Source: Candidatus Woesearchaeota archaeon
GTDB lineage: Archaea; Nanobdellota; Nanobdellia; Woesearchaeales; JACPBO01
DNA: 58,043 bases
Assembly: GCA_016180285.1 (NCBI GenBank)
Contig: JACPBO010000011.1
Span: 1-58,043 of the forward strand
Direction: 5' to 3'
Shown one piece after another: positions 1-9,614 of the stretch; position 1 is the stretch's first letter, and every line of letters starts with the position of its first letter. The notes beneath the pieces are model-generated. The model worked only from the letters and a program-made list of their open reading frames with translations, was not told where the DNA came from and made no database searches. The translations under genes were made by a program, and so were the position numbers.

Positions 1-1318
1 ATCTTTGTTTTTCTTCTATTACCTGCAAAAAGGTTGTATAAAGCTTAGTAAGCATATCAATTGAGTTAATGAACATTCTTTCATTTTTTGATATGTCCGA
101 GCTAATCTCTGAAGTAGGAACAAGCCCTGTATAAAATAATCTGCCATAGTAAATTTTGCAAAATATCATGGCTGCCCGTTCAAATGTGGCATCATCTTGG
201 CTTAGATAGAGCTTTATAATACTGCCTGATTCGAGTGCAACTAAACTTGAGCCATACTGGTCATTAATTTTCCTTTCTTTTAAGCTGGTTCTAAGTGATT
301 TTTTTCTATAAGCTCCGCCTTTTTTAATAAACTTTTCACGCTTAAACAAGCTTTTCTCATCATCAGACATAGAAAAATTCAAAGGCCTAAGCATTTTTTG
401 TATTCTTTCATAATCAAACTTTGAGCCAAATCTTATATAAGCTTCCTGTTTATCAGGGCATACTACAATATACTCAAGATGTTCAGGCAGATTATTTTTA
501 TCAAATGCATATTTTTTATAATCTGCGTTTAATTTTGACAATCTAGTTTCCTTGAAATCCGGGTTTTCATGTAATTTTTTAGTTCTGACCAATTCCTGTA
601 TCTTTCTTAAAAAGTCTGTCATTCTATCTTCAAATAATTCAGGAAATATCAGCTTGAATATGGGCTGATATTGCGCAAAATAAACTTTTCTTATATCTCT
701 TCTAAAAAGAGCATCTTGGTGTATTCGTGTAACTAGCCCTATTGCAGCCTGCAACCCCTCTTTCAATCTTCCATTTTCTGCAAGATTGAAATAAGGCAAT
801 GAAATAGCATAGTCTTCAATTGTTAGCGCATGGGTATTGTCCAAATAAAGTTCAGTTATATCTGAACCTCTTTTAGTTTTTAGCGCTTTTAAACTTATTT
901 TCTGATGCAAATCAGCAGAATGCAGCAAGTCCACTATAGCTTCAGTATTCAAGGGGTCCTTAAAATAAAATAGCACATCTTCTTTTTTTATTGGCATGCA
1001 TTTGAGCAAGCTATAAGCTGGCAGATATGATGTAATTCCGTCTAAAAGCATTGTGCCTGTAAAGTTTGTGTTCTTGAGAAGTGTGGTTTTATGCGCAGGA
1101 TCAATGGAATGCAAAACATAATCCGCTATTGCTCCCAATGCGACATCTTCTAAAGCCCCAACATCATAATTTACTTCCTGCTTTTCTAATCGCATCGAAA
1201 TTGAACCATCCAAAGGTGCCGGTCCTCGAACAAAGATTCGATTTATTTCCCTGGTTTTTTTACTTTTTGCAAGTTTTTCGACTTCGGAAAGTACGTCCAC
1301 AAGCGTTTTTTCAGCCAT
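1..1318 (-). CDS. hypothetical protein, partial (3' end runs off the left window edge, at least 439 codons)
   Basis: Open minus-strand frame from ATG at 1318-1316 (MAEKTLVDVLSEVEKLAKSKK...) down to position 1. It is missing from the ORF track because the window truncates it. The plus-strand ORF 1081..1320 is its antisense shadow. No family recognised. Confidence 0.6.
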   Translation of the reverse strand, partial: MAEKTLVDVLSEVEKLAKSKKTREINRIFVRGPAPLDGSISMRLEKQEVNYDVGALEDVALGAIADYVLHSIDPAHKTTLLKNTNFTGTMLLDGITSYLPAYSLLKCMPIKKEDVLFYFKDPLNTEAIVDLLHSADLHQKISLKALKTKRGSDITELYLDNTHALTIEDYAISLPYFNLAENGRLKEGLQAAIGLVTRIHQDALFRRDIRKVYFAQYQPIFKLIFPELFEDRMTDFLRKIQELVRTKKLHENPDFKETRLSKLNADYKKYAFDKNNLPEHLEYIVVCPDKQEAYIRFGSKFDYERIQKMLRPLNFSMSDDEKSLFKREKFIKKGGAYRKKSLRTSLKERKINDQYGSSLVALESGSIIKLYLSQDDATFERAAMIFCKIYYGRLFYTGLVPTSEISSDISKNERMFINSIDMLTKLYTTFLQVIEEKQR

Positions 1319-1530
1319 AGTGTCTGTTAATACTATTGAATATATAAAATTTTCGTTTACTAATCATTTATAAGTGATTACAAATATAGAGTTAGTGGAT
1401 GTTAACCAGCAATGAAAAAATATCATTGAATTAACGCCAAAAACACAAAAACCAAAAGCCTTAAATAGAACCACTTACTTACCTTTTCTAAGCTTTTTGA
1501 TCTTAAAAATAAAATCAGGGGGGAAATAAA

Positions 1531-3165
1531 ATGGCAAACCAGCAGATACAGCCGATCTTTATTCTGCCTGAAGGCAGCCAGAGGACAACTGGAAGAAACG
1601 CGCAGAGGACAAACATAATGGCAGCCAAGTTAGTTGCTGAAACTGTAAGGACAACTCTCGGCCCGAAAGGAATGGACAAGATGCTTGTTGACAGCTTAGG
1701 GGATGTTGTCATAACAAATGACGGGGTTACAATTCTTGAAGAGATGCAGATAGAGCATCCTTCTGCAAAAATGCTTGTTGAAATCGCAAAAACACAGGAG
1801 AATGAAGTTGGCGACGGGACAACAACAGCAGTTGTTATCGCAGGAGAATTATTGAAGCAGGCTGAGGATCTGCTTGACCAGGAGATTCATCCTACGGTTA
1901 TTGCCCGCGGCTACAGGCTGGCTTCTGAGAAGGCAATAGCCATCCTGAACAATATTGCTGAAACAATTGATGAAAATGACGCTGAAACATTAAAGAAGAT
2001 CGCAATAACGGCCATGACTGGCAAAGGCGCTGAAACAGACAAGGAGCATTTATCAGACATTACTGTCAAAGCAGTGAAAGAAATTGCTGAGAAAGAAAAT
2101 GGCGATATAATAATAGACATTGAAAACGTAAAGCTTGAAAAGAAAGTCGGCGGAGCTGTTGAGGATACTGAGTTAATACAGGGTGTTGTCCTGGACAAGG
2201 AAAAGGTTCACTCAGGAATGCCGAGGCTGATTAAAAATGCAAAAATCGCTTTAGTTGATTCTGCATTGGAAATAAAAAATACCGAAATTGACGCCAAAAT
2301 TGAAATATCAGACCCTGAAAAAATGCAGGCATTCCTTGATATGGAAGAGAATATGCTCAGGAAGATGGTTGGCAAGATAGAAAGCTCCGGAGCAAATGTT
2401 GTATTCTGCCAGAAAGGCATTGATGACATGGCGCAGCATTTTTTATCCAAGAAAGGAATTTATGCTGCAAGAAGGATAAAGCAAAGCGACATGGAAGCTT
2501 TAGCGAGAGCAACTGGAGCTAAGATTGTCACGAATTTGGACGAGCTAAGCAATGATGATTTGGGAAATGCAGGGATAGTTGAAGAAAAAAAGATCGGAGA
2601 TGAAGATATGACCTATGTCAAAGACTGCAAGAATCCCAAGTCCGTAACTATTTTGATCAGAGGCGGAACAGAGCATGTTGTAGATGAAGTTAAAAGGGCA
2701 ATGGAAGATGCTATCGGCGACACAGCAGCTGTGCTGAGAAGCAAAAAGATTGTGGCAGGCGCAGGCGCAGTTGAGATAGAGCTTGCCCGTGAGTTAAGGA
2801 AATACGCCGAATCATTGTCCGGAAGGGAGCAGTTGGCTGTCAATGCATTTGCAAATGCTGTTGAAGTCATTCCTAGAACGCTGGCAGAGAATGCCGGGAT
2901 TGATCCAATTGACATTTTAACAGAGCTTAAGGCAGCTCATGACAAGAAGCAGAAATGGGCAGGAATTGATGTTTTCAAGGCAAAGGTTGTTGATGCCTTC
3001 GAGCAGGGCGTTATAGAGCCTTTGAAGATCAAAACACAGGCAATAAGCTCAGCTTCAGAAGTTGCAGTAATGATATTGAGGATCGACGATGTTATTGCTG
3101 CAGGCGGCGGATCTAAAGGGCCTTCAATGCCTCCTGGAATGGGCGGCGAGATGCCTGAATACTAG
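1531..3165 (+). CDS. thsA: thermosome subunit (group II chaperonin)
   Basis: 544 aa. Carries [19 protein letters not shown], the VGDGTTT nucleotide-binding loop and a Gly/Met-rich C-terminal tail ([12 protein letters not shown]). GGGGGG Shine-Dalgarno-like run 8 nt upstream of the ATG. Confidence 0.95.
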   Translation: MANQQIQPIFILPEGSQRTTGRNAQRTNIMAAKLVAETVRTTLGPKGMDKMLVDSLGDVVITNDGVTILEEMQIEHPSAKMLVEIAKTQENEVGDGTTTAVVIAGELLKQAEDLLDQEIHPTVIARGYRLASEKAIAILNNIAETIDENDAETLKKIAITAMTGKGAETDKEHLSDITVKAVKEIAEKENGDIIIDIENVKLEKKVGGAVEDTELIQGVVLDKEKVHSGMPRLIKNAKIALVDSALEIKNTEIDAKIEISDPEKMQAFLDMEENMLRKMVGKIESSGANVVFCQKGIDDMAQHFLSKKGIYAARRIKQSDMEALARATGAKIVTNLDELSNDDLGNAGIVEEKKIGDEDMTYVKDCKNPKSVTILIRGGTEHVVDEVKRAMEDAIGDTAAVLRSKKIVAGAGAVEIELARELRKYAESLSGREQLAVNAFANAVEVIPRTLAENAGIDPIDILTELKAAHDKKQKWAGIDVFKAKVVDAFEQGVIEPLKIKTQAISSASEVAVMILRIDDVIAAGGGSKGPSMPPGMGGEMPEY

Positions 3166-3219
3166 TTTTATTTTTTTACATTTTCTTTTTAAAAAATTAG
3201 ATGCAAATTTAAGAAATAA

Positions 3220-3627
3220 TCAACCTCTTTCCAGTATCCTCACCGTATCATCTATTGAATTCTCATCTATCCAGGAATTATCACCTGCTTCTTTTGCCAT
3301 CGACTCTTTTTTATATTGTTGCGGTGCTTTCCATGCTCTTCTTTGCGTTATATTGCTGCGCTTTTCAGCAACAAATTTCTTTGCAGCATCTAGCCCTTCA
3401 CTCAGGATTATTTCGATAATTTCCTTATCTGCTTCGCTAATCTCAATGTCCAAATCATCTAAAAAGCCGTTCCGACGGAAATATATGTTTATGTTATGCT
3501 TATAATTGACAATTATGCTCATTTCATGCGAGCATTTTTTTATTTCACCGTCAGTACAGTCATGTGGCGACGTCTTAGCGTGAAAAAAATATGTTGCCAG
3601 ATCCTTATTCGCATATGGTTCTTCCAT
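3220..3627 (-). CDS. hypothetical protein
   Basis: 135-aa ORF convergent with the thermosome gene. No recognisable motif. Confidence 0.4.
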   Translation of the reverse strand: MEEPYANKDLATYFFHAKTSPHDCTDGEIKKCSHEMSIIVNYKHNINIYFRRNGFLDDLDIEISEADKEIIEIILSEGLDAAKKFVAEKRSNITQRRAWKAPQQYKKESMAKEAGDNSWIDENSIDDTVRILERG

Positions 3628-3794
3628 GCGGGATTAGAAGCGAGGATATGCTTATATTCTTTTCTATTTTGACCATTTTGAAGTATTGCGTAGGAAGATT
3701 TTGTTCTATAAATCTCAAAACGAAATCTTTATATACATTTACCCCTTAATTCCACAATAATTAGATTTTATAATGTCAAAAAGAGGTGTTTAGC

Positions 3795-4325
3795 ATGGCT
3801 GAGGAAAATGAGGATTATGATCTTATGCCGCATCGCGAACTGATGAATCTTAAAAGGCAGGTTGATGAGATCAAGCAAAATCCGATTGTAAATGCTCCGT
3901 CAGGAAAGGAGCTGATGAATTCTGTGAATGACCTTAACAGGTCAGTTGGCGGCTTGCTGGAGCTTTTCAAGTCTGCAACAGATGAAATGAGGCTGGAAGA
4001 TAAAGACCAGGATCTTGCTGTAAGGAAGATCGACCCTATTCTGGAAAAGCTTGACAAGGTTATTGAGCAGAATAAATTGATTGCAGAAGGCCTGGTTTCA
4101 ATATCAGACATGATTGAGGATTTTATTTCAAAGCAAGGCGGATCTAAGCCTCAAGCGCCGCCGCCAATTCCAAGAATGAATATTGAATCAGAAGAACTGC
4201 CGGCTTTCAGCCCTTCACTTAGGGAAGCGCCGTTTGGAAGCCAGGCTCCAAGGCCAATGGACATTTCAAACCTTCCTCCACCGCCAAGTTTCGGGCAGCA
4301 AAAGAAAAGGCCATTTGGATTCTAA
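3795..4325 (+). CDS. hypothetical coiled-coil protein with Pro-rich C-terminus
   Basis: ATG at 3795 is preceded by AAGAGGTG; the track start at 3786 is GTG. Heptad-like charged N-terminal part and a PPPIP/PPPPS-rich tail. TATA-like CTTTATATA at 3727..3735. Confidence 0.5.
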   Translation: MAEENEDYDLMPHRELMNLKRQVDEIKQNPIVNAPSGKELMNSVNDLNRSVGGLLELFKSATDEMRLEDKDQDLAVRKIDPILEKLDKVIEQNKLIAEGLVSISDMIEDFISKQGGSKPQAPPPIPRMNIESEELPAFSPSLREAPFGSQAPRPMDISNLPPPPSFGQQKKRPFGF

Positions 4326-4326
4326 G

Positions 4327-4836
4327 ATGAATTCTGATGAAGCTATAAATGCAAGCATAAACAAAGCGAGAATAAAGCATTTTCTCAGGCATTTATATAA
4401 GGCAGGCGCTAAAATAAAGGAAAGGGAGAGGTCAAGAGAAGGCTTAAAAAGGCATATTTCAAAATTAAAAGCTGTGAAAGAAAAGCCAGTATTCTTGGCA
4501 GAATTAAAAAAACTTGAAAACAAAATATTTGATGTTGTTGAGAAGGAAAAGAGTGTTCTTTACAACCAGCAAAGGGAATCTGCTGTTGTAAACCAATTAA
4601 AAGACAGGATTGCTTATCTTGAAAATGAATTGAATCTGCATAAGGAAATTAAAGAAAGAAAAATATCTGCTGAAGAAGAGTTTGCCAAACAGGAAACTGC
4701 TGAATTAAGGTCATTGTTAAGGGCGCTTGAAAGAAATTACCATAAGATAAAGGGCAGGGAGAAGAGCAAGGAGAAATTAAATGCAATAAAAGCAAGGATT
4801 GAAGAAGTGAAAAAGAAGATAAAGTTTCTAGAGTGA
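4327..4836 (+). CDS. hypothetical Lys/Glu-rich coiled-coil protein
   Basis: ATG at 4327 lies 1 nt after the upstream stop (TAA 4323..4325). The track ORF 4183..4836 overlaps the preceding gene, so the internal ATG is the more plausible start. Confidence 0.5.
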   Translation: MNSDEAINASINKARIKHFLRHLYKAGAKIKERERSREGLKRHISKLKAVKEKPVFLAELKKLENKIFDVVEKEKSVLYNQQRESAVVNQLKDRIAYLENELNLHKEIKERKISAEEEFAKQETAELRSLLRALERNYHKIKGREKSKEKLNAIKARIEEVKKKIKFLE

Positions 4837-4906
4837 GTTTAATTTATTCTAGCACCTTTCTTTATGATATCATAATCTCTTATAAAATTAAACTTTAAAA
4901 ATAAAT

Positions 4907-5413
4907 TTAAACAGGCTGTAAATCATTAATCACCCATTTCCCATCTTTTTGAGACATGTGGCCTTTATCTAGACAATGCTGCCTGATATATGCGGAGATT
5001 GCCATATAGACCAAAGCACCAGTATATCCAGTTGTCATTGCAATGTCTCTTACTGTTCTGTCATTATCATAAAGAAACTTAATGAACCTGTTGTCTTCTG
5101 CAAGCTTGAATTGAAGCGTTGAGAATATTTGCTCATCAAATTGGTATTCGTCCTGTTCAGGAAATTGAATGTCTAAATAATCCCGGATATTTTCATCATC
5201 TTTTAAGAAATCATCAATTTTGCTCTGCATATGGCAAATTTTATTTCTGCCTTTTCTAGTTAAGCTGCACAAGCCACATCGTTCTTCCAAAACTTCATTT
5301 CCGACACCCTCGTTTAAAACTCCAACTATGTTGATGCTTGTCTTAAATCTAAAATGTTTTCTCATGATATCATTCCATATTTTAGGTCCTGGTGCACCTT
5401 CAGGCAGTTCCAT
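4907..5413 (-). CDS. hypothetical protein
   Basis: 168-aa ORF. GGAGGTGAT precedes the ATG on the minus strand. No family recognised. Confidence 0.45.
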   Translation of the reverse strand: MELPEGAPGPKIWNDIMRKHFRFKTSINIVGVLNEGVGNEVLEERCGLCSLTRKGRNKICHMQSKIDDFLKDDENIRDYLDIQFPEQDEYQFDEQIFSTLQFKLAEDNRFIKFLYDNDRTVRDIAMTTGYTGALVYMAISAYIRQHCLDKGHMSQKDGKWVINDLQPV

Positions 5414-5428
5414 TTAAATCACCTCCTA

Positions 5429-5638
5429 TTAAACATCCTTTGCCATCACAGTGTTGCGGCCATTGGCTCTTGCCCTTTTGCATGATTCTGTGATCAGCTG
5501 CTCGACCTTTGCGCTCAGCGCAGGGGCATAGTCAACTGATATGTTTATTATGGCTTTTTTAGCGCCTTCCTTCTGCATCTCCTTTGCGAACTTGTCAGCA
5601 ACTTCCTTTATTTTTGTTTTGACAACGATTTCAGTCAT
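5429..5638 (-). CDS. small histone-fold-like protein (DUF1931-like)
   Basis: 69 aa. The pattern VKTKIKEVADKF...ISVDYAPALSAKVEQLITESCKRARANGRNTVMAKDV resembles the DUF1931 / archaeal histone-fold family as I remember it (..ERAKANGRKTV..DL). Confidence 0.5.
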   Translation of the reverse strand: MTEIVVKTKIKEVADKFAKEMQKEGAKKAIINISVDYAPALSAKVEQLITESCKRARANGRNTVMAKDV

Positions 5639-5688
5639 TATTATTACCTTTTAATTTAACATACATCGTATGTTTAAATAGTTTCTTA

Positions 5689-5955
5689 TTATTGATGGTA
5701 AATATTATCATGATGGTCGAGCTCTTCAAATATGACTTTCTTTTCCTGCTCATTTACAGAAAATAAAAGAATGAAACTTTTGTCCATATGCACTCGCTTG
5801 AGATGCTGCATTGGCGCTTTAAGGTTTTTATAATGCTGCGGATTTTGAATTACTTCCTCGATTTTTTTATGTATTATTTCAAGCTGCTTGGGGTTTTTCT
5901 TAGAAATTTTGCTTAGTTTTTTGTCTAAGCTGTCTTTAATGTCAAAAGAGTACAT
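5689..5955 (-). CDS. relE: RelE/ParE-family type II toxin
   Basis: 88 aa. The pattern F..D...KKL.KI.KKNPKQ...I.KKIEEV..NP..YK.L...H.KRVH.DKSF.L.F resembles RelE/StbE toxins. Its start lies 1 nt downstream of the antitoxin ORF. Confidence 0.75.
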   Translation of the reverse strand: MYSFDIKDSLDKKLSKISKKNPKQLEIIHKKIEEVIQNPQHYKNLKAPMQHLKRVHMDKSFILLFSVNEQEKKVIFEELDHHDNIYHQ

Positions 5956-5956
5956 A

Positions 5957-6208
5957 TTAGCTCATGCCATATCTTTTTCTGAAATTCTCAAGAGTGCCAA
6001 TTTTTATGGTTTTCTCTTTTGCTACCCTTTTCATCCTTTCTATGAATTCGGGCCTTAGTTCAGGCTCTAAAAGTTCTCCCCCATAATCAGCTACAACCTT
6101 TTCTATAGCTTCAGATTTATCTTTAAGGTTATACCTCGCTTTTACAATATTCAGTATTTGGTTTACACTTTCCGAAATTTGGATCATTGCCTGCACCATA
6201 TACATCAC
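5957..6208 (-). CDS. antitoxin partner of RelE (DUF2683-like)
   Basis: 83 aa. MVQAMIQISESVNQILNIVKARYNLKDKSEAIEKV matches the archaeal DUF2683-type antitoxin pattern. Directly upstream of and co-directional with the toxin. Confidence 0.6.
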   Translation of the reverse strand: MMYMVQAMIQISESVNQILNIVKARYNLKDKSEAIEKVVADYGGELLEPELRPEFIERMKRVAKEKTIKIGTLENFRKRYGMS

Positions 6209-6255
6209 CTATATTTAATATATATGTTGAGTATATAAATGTTTTGCTTTTAGAA

Positions 6256-7947
6256 TCACTTGTGCGCAAACCAAAACACAAACTTGTCCTTTTCTTTTTT
6301 ATCCAGCCTGCAGAATGCAAACCTTTCAAACTGGACAATCGTGCCTTCGCCAAGATCATTTACTGATTTTTCTGCAAGCCCTTTTTTAATTGATCCGTCA
6401 TCCATAAGAATTTCTGCATTAACCAGATCTTTCCCGGCAGCCAGCCAGTGCATTATCCTCTCGCCTCTATCCTTGTATTTTTCGTATTCCAACGATTCAA
6501 AAACAAATCTATCTTTTACTTTTTTAAAATTAAGGCAGTCCATAAGCCTGTACAGCTTATTTTCCTTCAATTGCCTGAAATCATCATTCGCAATGTAAAA
6601 TTCAGTGTACGTGTTAAATTCCCTTGCGCCTCTCTCCTTGAAATCAGGATGCAGGTCAAGCTCGCAGACTTGTATCGGCGCTTTTTCTATTTTTATTTTC
6701 TTAGGGTCTTCCACAAAAAAGTACCTGTTCGCTTCTTTTTCAATCAGTTTCCTGTTTTCAGAATAAAGAATATCAACCGGAACTGTTATTTCACTCTGCG
6801 TCATGCCGAAGCTCAAAATAAAGTTTCTTATTGCTTCGGGCTTTATGCCCCTTCTTTTTAAAGACTGCAGGCTCCATGTTCTTGGGTCGTCCCATCCCCT
6901 GTATTCCCCGGACAAAACTTCCTTGCTGGACTTTGATTTGCTTATCTTCACCCCTTCCAATTTCAATAATCCAGTATGTATCAAAACAGGATGCTGCCAG
7001 CCAAAAATATCCCAGATAAACTTCTCCATTTCGCTTTCAATCATCAGCTCTTTTCCTCTTATAACATGAGTCACACCCAGAAGATGGTCATCAATGCCCC
7101 ACGACAGTTCAAGCATTGGCCAGACTTTGTATTTTTTTCCAACTTTAGGATGCTCTCTTTCAGAAATCCTGAACAAAACCCTGTCCCTGAATGCAGGATT
7201 TGGATGCTGCATTGAGGTTTTCAGCCTTAAAACTGCCTCTCCTTCTTTGTATTTTGCCAGCATGTTTTTCCATTCTTTAAGATTTTCCTGCGCAGATGCT
7301 TTTCTATGCGCGCATTCGTTGCTGTTTTCCCTGTTCTTCCTTAATTCTTCTGCCGGGCATAAGCAGACATATGCTTTGTCCTTTTTGATCAATTCCTCTG
7401 CATATTTGTAATAAATGCTTAATCTGTCTGACTTGTAGATTATGCTCGGCTCAAAATCAATGCCAAGCCATCTTAATCCTTCTGGAATAAGGTCAAATGC
7501 CTCTTTGATCAGCTGCTTTTCCTCTGAGCCGATTGTGTCGTCAATGATCATCAGTAATTTTCCTTCGTATTTTTTTACGTATTCATCATTAAGTATTGCC
7601 GGCCTTGCATTGCCAATGTGCAGCGGCCCGGACGGATAAGGCGCGAGGCGCATGACAACTTTGCCCATTTCTGCTTTTTCAAGGTCATGCAGCCCTTTTT
7701 TCACATTCTCTTTTTTCTCCAGCAATTCAGGAGCAAGGACTTCAAGCTCTTCTCTTATCTTATCCAAGCCCATTTTGCTGATCTTTTTTATAACTTCAGA
7801 AGTCTCCTTTGCTATTTCCTTGATCTTTGGCTTAAATGCAGGATGCTCTGCAAGAACTTTCCCAATAACTGCCCCCTGGCTTGCTTTTCCTTCGAATTTA
7901 AGGGCATTTTGAAGCGCGTATTTGTAGACTGATTGCTTTATATCCAT
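6256..7947 (-). CDS. gltX: glutamyl-tRNA synthetase (archaeal/eukaryotic type)
   Basis: 563 aa. HIGH-type motif PYPSGPLHIGNARPAILN and KMSKS-type motif VKISKSKS. Length and domain order are typical of archaeal GluRS. Confidence 0.93.
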   Translation of the reverse strand: MDIKQSVYKYALQNALKFEGKASQGAVIGKVLAEHPAFKPKIKEIAKETSEVIKKISKMGLDKIREELEVLAPELLEKKENVKKGLHDLEKAEMGKVVMRLAPYPSGPLHIGNARPAILNDEYVKKYEGKLLMIIDDTIGSEEKQLIKEAFDLIPEGLRWLGIDFEPSIIYKSDRLSIYYKYAEELIKKDKAYVCLCPAEELRKNRENSNECAHRKASAQENLKEWKNMLAKYKEGEAVLRLKTSMQHPNPAFRDRVLFRISEREHPKVGKKYKVWPMLELSWGIDDHLLGVTHVIRGKELMIESEMEKFIWDIFGWQHPVLIHTGLLKLEGVKISKSKSSKEVLSGEYRGWDDPRTWSLQSLKRRGIKPEAIRNFILSFGMTQSEITVPVDILYSENRKLIEKEANRYFFVEDPKKIKIEKAPIQVCELDLHPDFKERGAREFNTYTEFYIANDDFRQLKENKLYRLMDCLNFKKVKDRFVFESLEYEKYKDRGERIMHWLAAGKDLVNAEILMDDGSIKKGLAEKSVNDLGEGTIVQFERFAFCRLDKKEKDKFVFWFAHK

Positions 7948-8071
7948 AGTGTTTTTGTTTTTATGGATATATTTAAAGTTTGCTATAAATTGTTTATTTG
8001 TGGGTTTTGTTGATTTCTATTCTCAATATATTTTTAGTAAATCATTTATAGAAGTCTTATGTGGTTTTACT

Positions 8072-9346
8072 TCAGAAATTATTAATGTAATTTTGGTAGA
8101 TCTTATTGTTAAACAAGATGTCATAGGGATTTAGAGTTTTGTTATAAGATCCCTTATAATCTTTGTTATAATGCCCAGCAGATTTAATTACATCTTCTAG
8201 TGTACTACAGCTTCCAACAAAAGTTTCAGCACTAAATGATGTGTCTCTTAATGCTTTAAAAATCTCCAAGAATCTTCCAAAATCAATTGTATTTTTTACT
8301 CTTAAACGAGAGGTTCCTGCTCCATATCCACGTTCAAATCCTGCAATAAAAGCGTTTCTAAAGTGAGGATAAATTATATATTTTGTATTTTCGCCATCAT
8401 TTTCAAAAAGCGAAGATACTACCGTCCTTAAACTTATTGGCCCTTGCATTGCGCTATTTTTTATTGTTTCGTATTCTCTTTTTTGCAATTCTATTAGCTC
8501 TGATTCTGAAAAGTCATTAGCATCGCAAGAAGCATCAAAATCGCCAAATCCCAGCTTTACCTTGCCTGTTCCATTATAAAGGATCATGTTGCCAACGTGA
8601 GCATTGCTTCTTTCATTATCGCAGCTCCATGTTTGGCCGCTTCTATCCATGAGGCTTTTTAATTGTCCTACAATAAACCCCATATCAGAATATAAGTGTG
8701 TGATATTTATAACTGCTCTTTCTTTTTCTGAATTTCTCGAATATCTTCCATCAGGAAGCTTCTTGTTAAAAAGATTTTCAATTAAAAACATAAATTCATC
8801 TAATCTTGTATCGCCTTCCACCTTGATAATGGAAGCAGAGAAGCTCTCTCCCTTCACTTTTGTAGGATAATGCCAGTATCCTTCGCAGGTCATTAGAAGA
8901 TCAATGCCCTCATTTCGCAAGACTGTATTAAATCTGTCTGACATTTGCTTTTCAAATTCAGCTGACTGTGTCGGTTGGCCCCCAAAAACTTCAAACTCTC
9001 TCCTATTGAAATTTATAACTTTGGGATTTTTAGGGTCTAAAGAAACTCCTTTCAGTTTGTATAAAGTACCGCTATCATTAACTAAAACTGACCTCCGGCC
9101 ACTCCAGATTCCCGGTATAGTGTCATTAGGATTTCCGGGGTGTTTACTAAGATGTTCGTCTATTTCTTTGTAGTCAACCGAATCCGCAATAATTAAATCA
9201 TCATCGCCTCTTTGCTCAAATGCATAAACCGAGTCAGGCATAACTACTCTGGGGATCTTTAATTTTTTCGGTATATCGCTATCTGATTCTAATTTTCCAT
9301 TAGTTACTTTCAAAAAATTTCGGTCTCTCTTGATTAAAAGCTTCAT
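8072..9346 (-). CDS. hypothetical protein, possibly protein-kinase-like fold
   Basis: 424 aa. LYKLKG (beta3-Lys-like), SNAHVGNMIL (catalytic-loop-like HxxN) and GFGDFD (DFG-like) occur in the order expected for atypical kinases or phosphotransferases. This is motif-level evidence only. BRE/TATA GAAAGATTTATAAAT (minus sense) at 9369..9383. Confidence 0.4.
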   Translation of the reverse strand: MKLLIKRDRNFLKVTNGKLESDSDIPKKLKIPRVVMPDSVYAFEQRGDDDLIIADSVDYKEIDEHLSKHPGNPNDTIPGIWSGRRSVLVNDSGTLYKLKGVSLDPKNPKVINFNRREFEVFGGQPTQSAEFEKQMSDRFNTVLRNEGIDLLMTCEGYWHYPTKVKGESFSASIIKVEGDTRLDEFMFLIENLFNKKLPDGRYSRNSEKERAVINITHLYSDMGFIVGQLKSLMDRSGQTWSCDNERSNAHVGNMILYNGTGKVKLGFGDFDASCDANDFSESELIELQKREYETIKNSAMQGPISLRTVVSSLFENDGENTKYIIYPHFRNAFIAGFERGYGAGTSRLRVKNTIDFGRFLEIFKALRDTSFSAETFVGSCSTLEDVIKSAGHYNKDYKGSYNKTLNPYDILFNNKIYQNYINNF

Positions 9347-9428
9347 AAAATGATTTAAATAAGCGCATATTTATAAATCTTTCTATTTTTACCCTTAAAA
9401 AGTAGTTACAAAAGATATGCTGTCTTTA

Positions 9429-9582
9429 AAAATGTCAGAATTTTCCATCCAGTTTTTGACTGGTGGCAGAAAGCCAACTTTTGTTGTATGTAAAAAATTC
9501 TGAGCATGCTCAAAAACCACCTGATGTGATGGAATGTAGCTAAATGCCACCCCTCTATGGTGAGTGGTTTTTGACAGAAAAT
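9429..9582. repeat. 154-nt hairpin-rich repeat, copy A (intergenic)
   Basis: Hand alignment to 22385..22538: same length, 18 mismatches, no gaps. Internal complementary arms are TCAGAATTTT/AAAATTCTGA, the palindrome TGAGCATGCTCA, AAAAACCAC/GTGGTTTTT, and terminal TGTCA/TGACA. AAAAT is present at both ends. Confidence 0.85.
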
Positions 9583-9614
9583 TTATTAAATAACACTTCA
9601 TTTCCGGCATCAAA

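Noticed and set aside
1081-1320. 79-aa plus-strand ORF at the left end
   Set aside because: It is antisense to the long uninterrupted minus-strand frame 1..1318, which has a proper ATG and runs off the window.
5655-5680. Imperfect palindrome AACATAC-ATC-GTATGTT between relE and the histone-fold gene, as a possible operator
   Set aside because: It is a single 7-bp inverted repeat in an AT-rich spacer. It could equally be a weak terminator hairpin, so the evidence is not enough for a regulatory call.
6129-6359. 76-aa minus-strand ORF bridging the antitoxin gene and the gltX 3' end
   Set aside because: It overlaps the better-supported antitoxin ORF 5957..6208 and the gltX terminus in other frames, and it has no motif. 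It is probably spurious.
9395-9613. 72-aa minus-strand ORF covering repeat copy A
   Set aside because: The equivalent region of copy B (22385..22538) translates to an unrelated peptide with stops. The 18 substitutions between copies do not preserve any frame, and there is no RBS. I treat it as a fortuitous ORF over a structured repeat.
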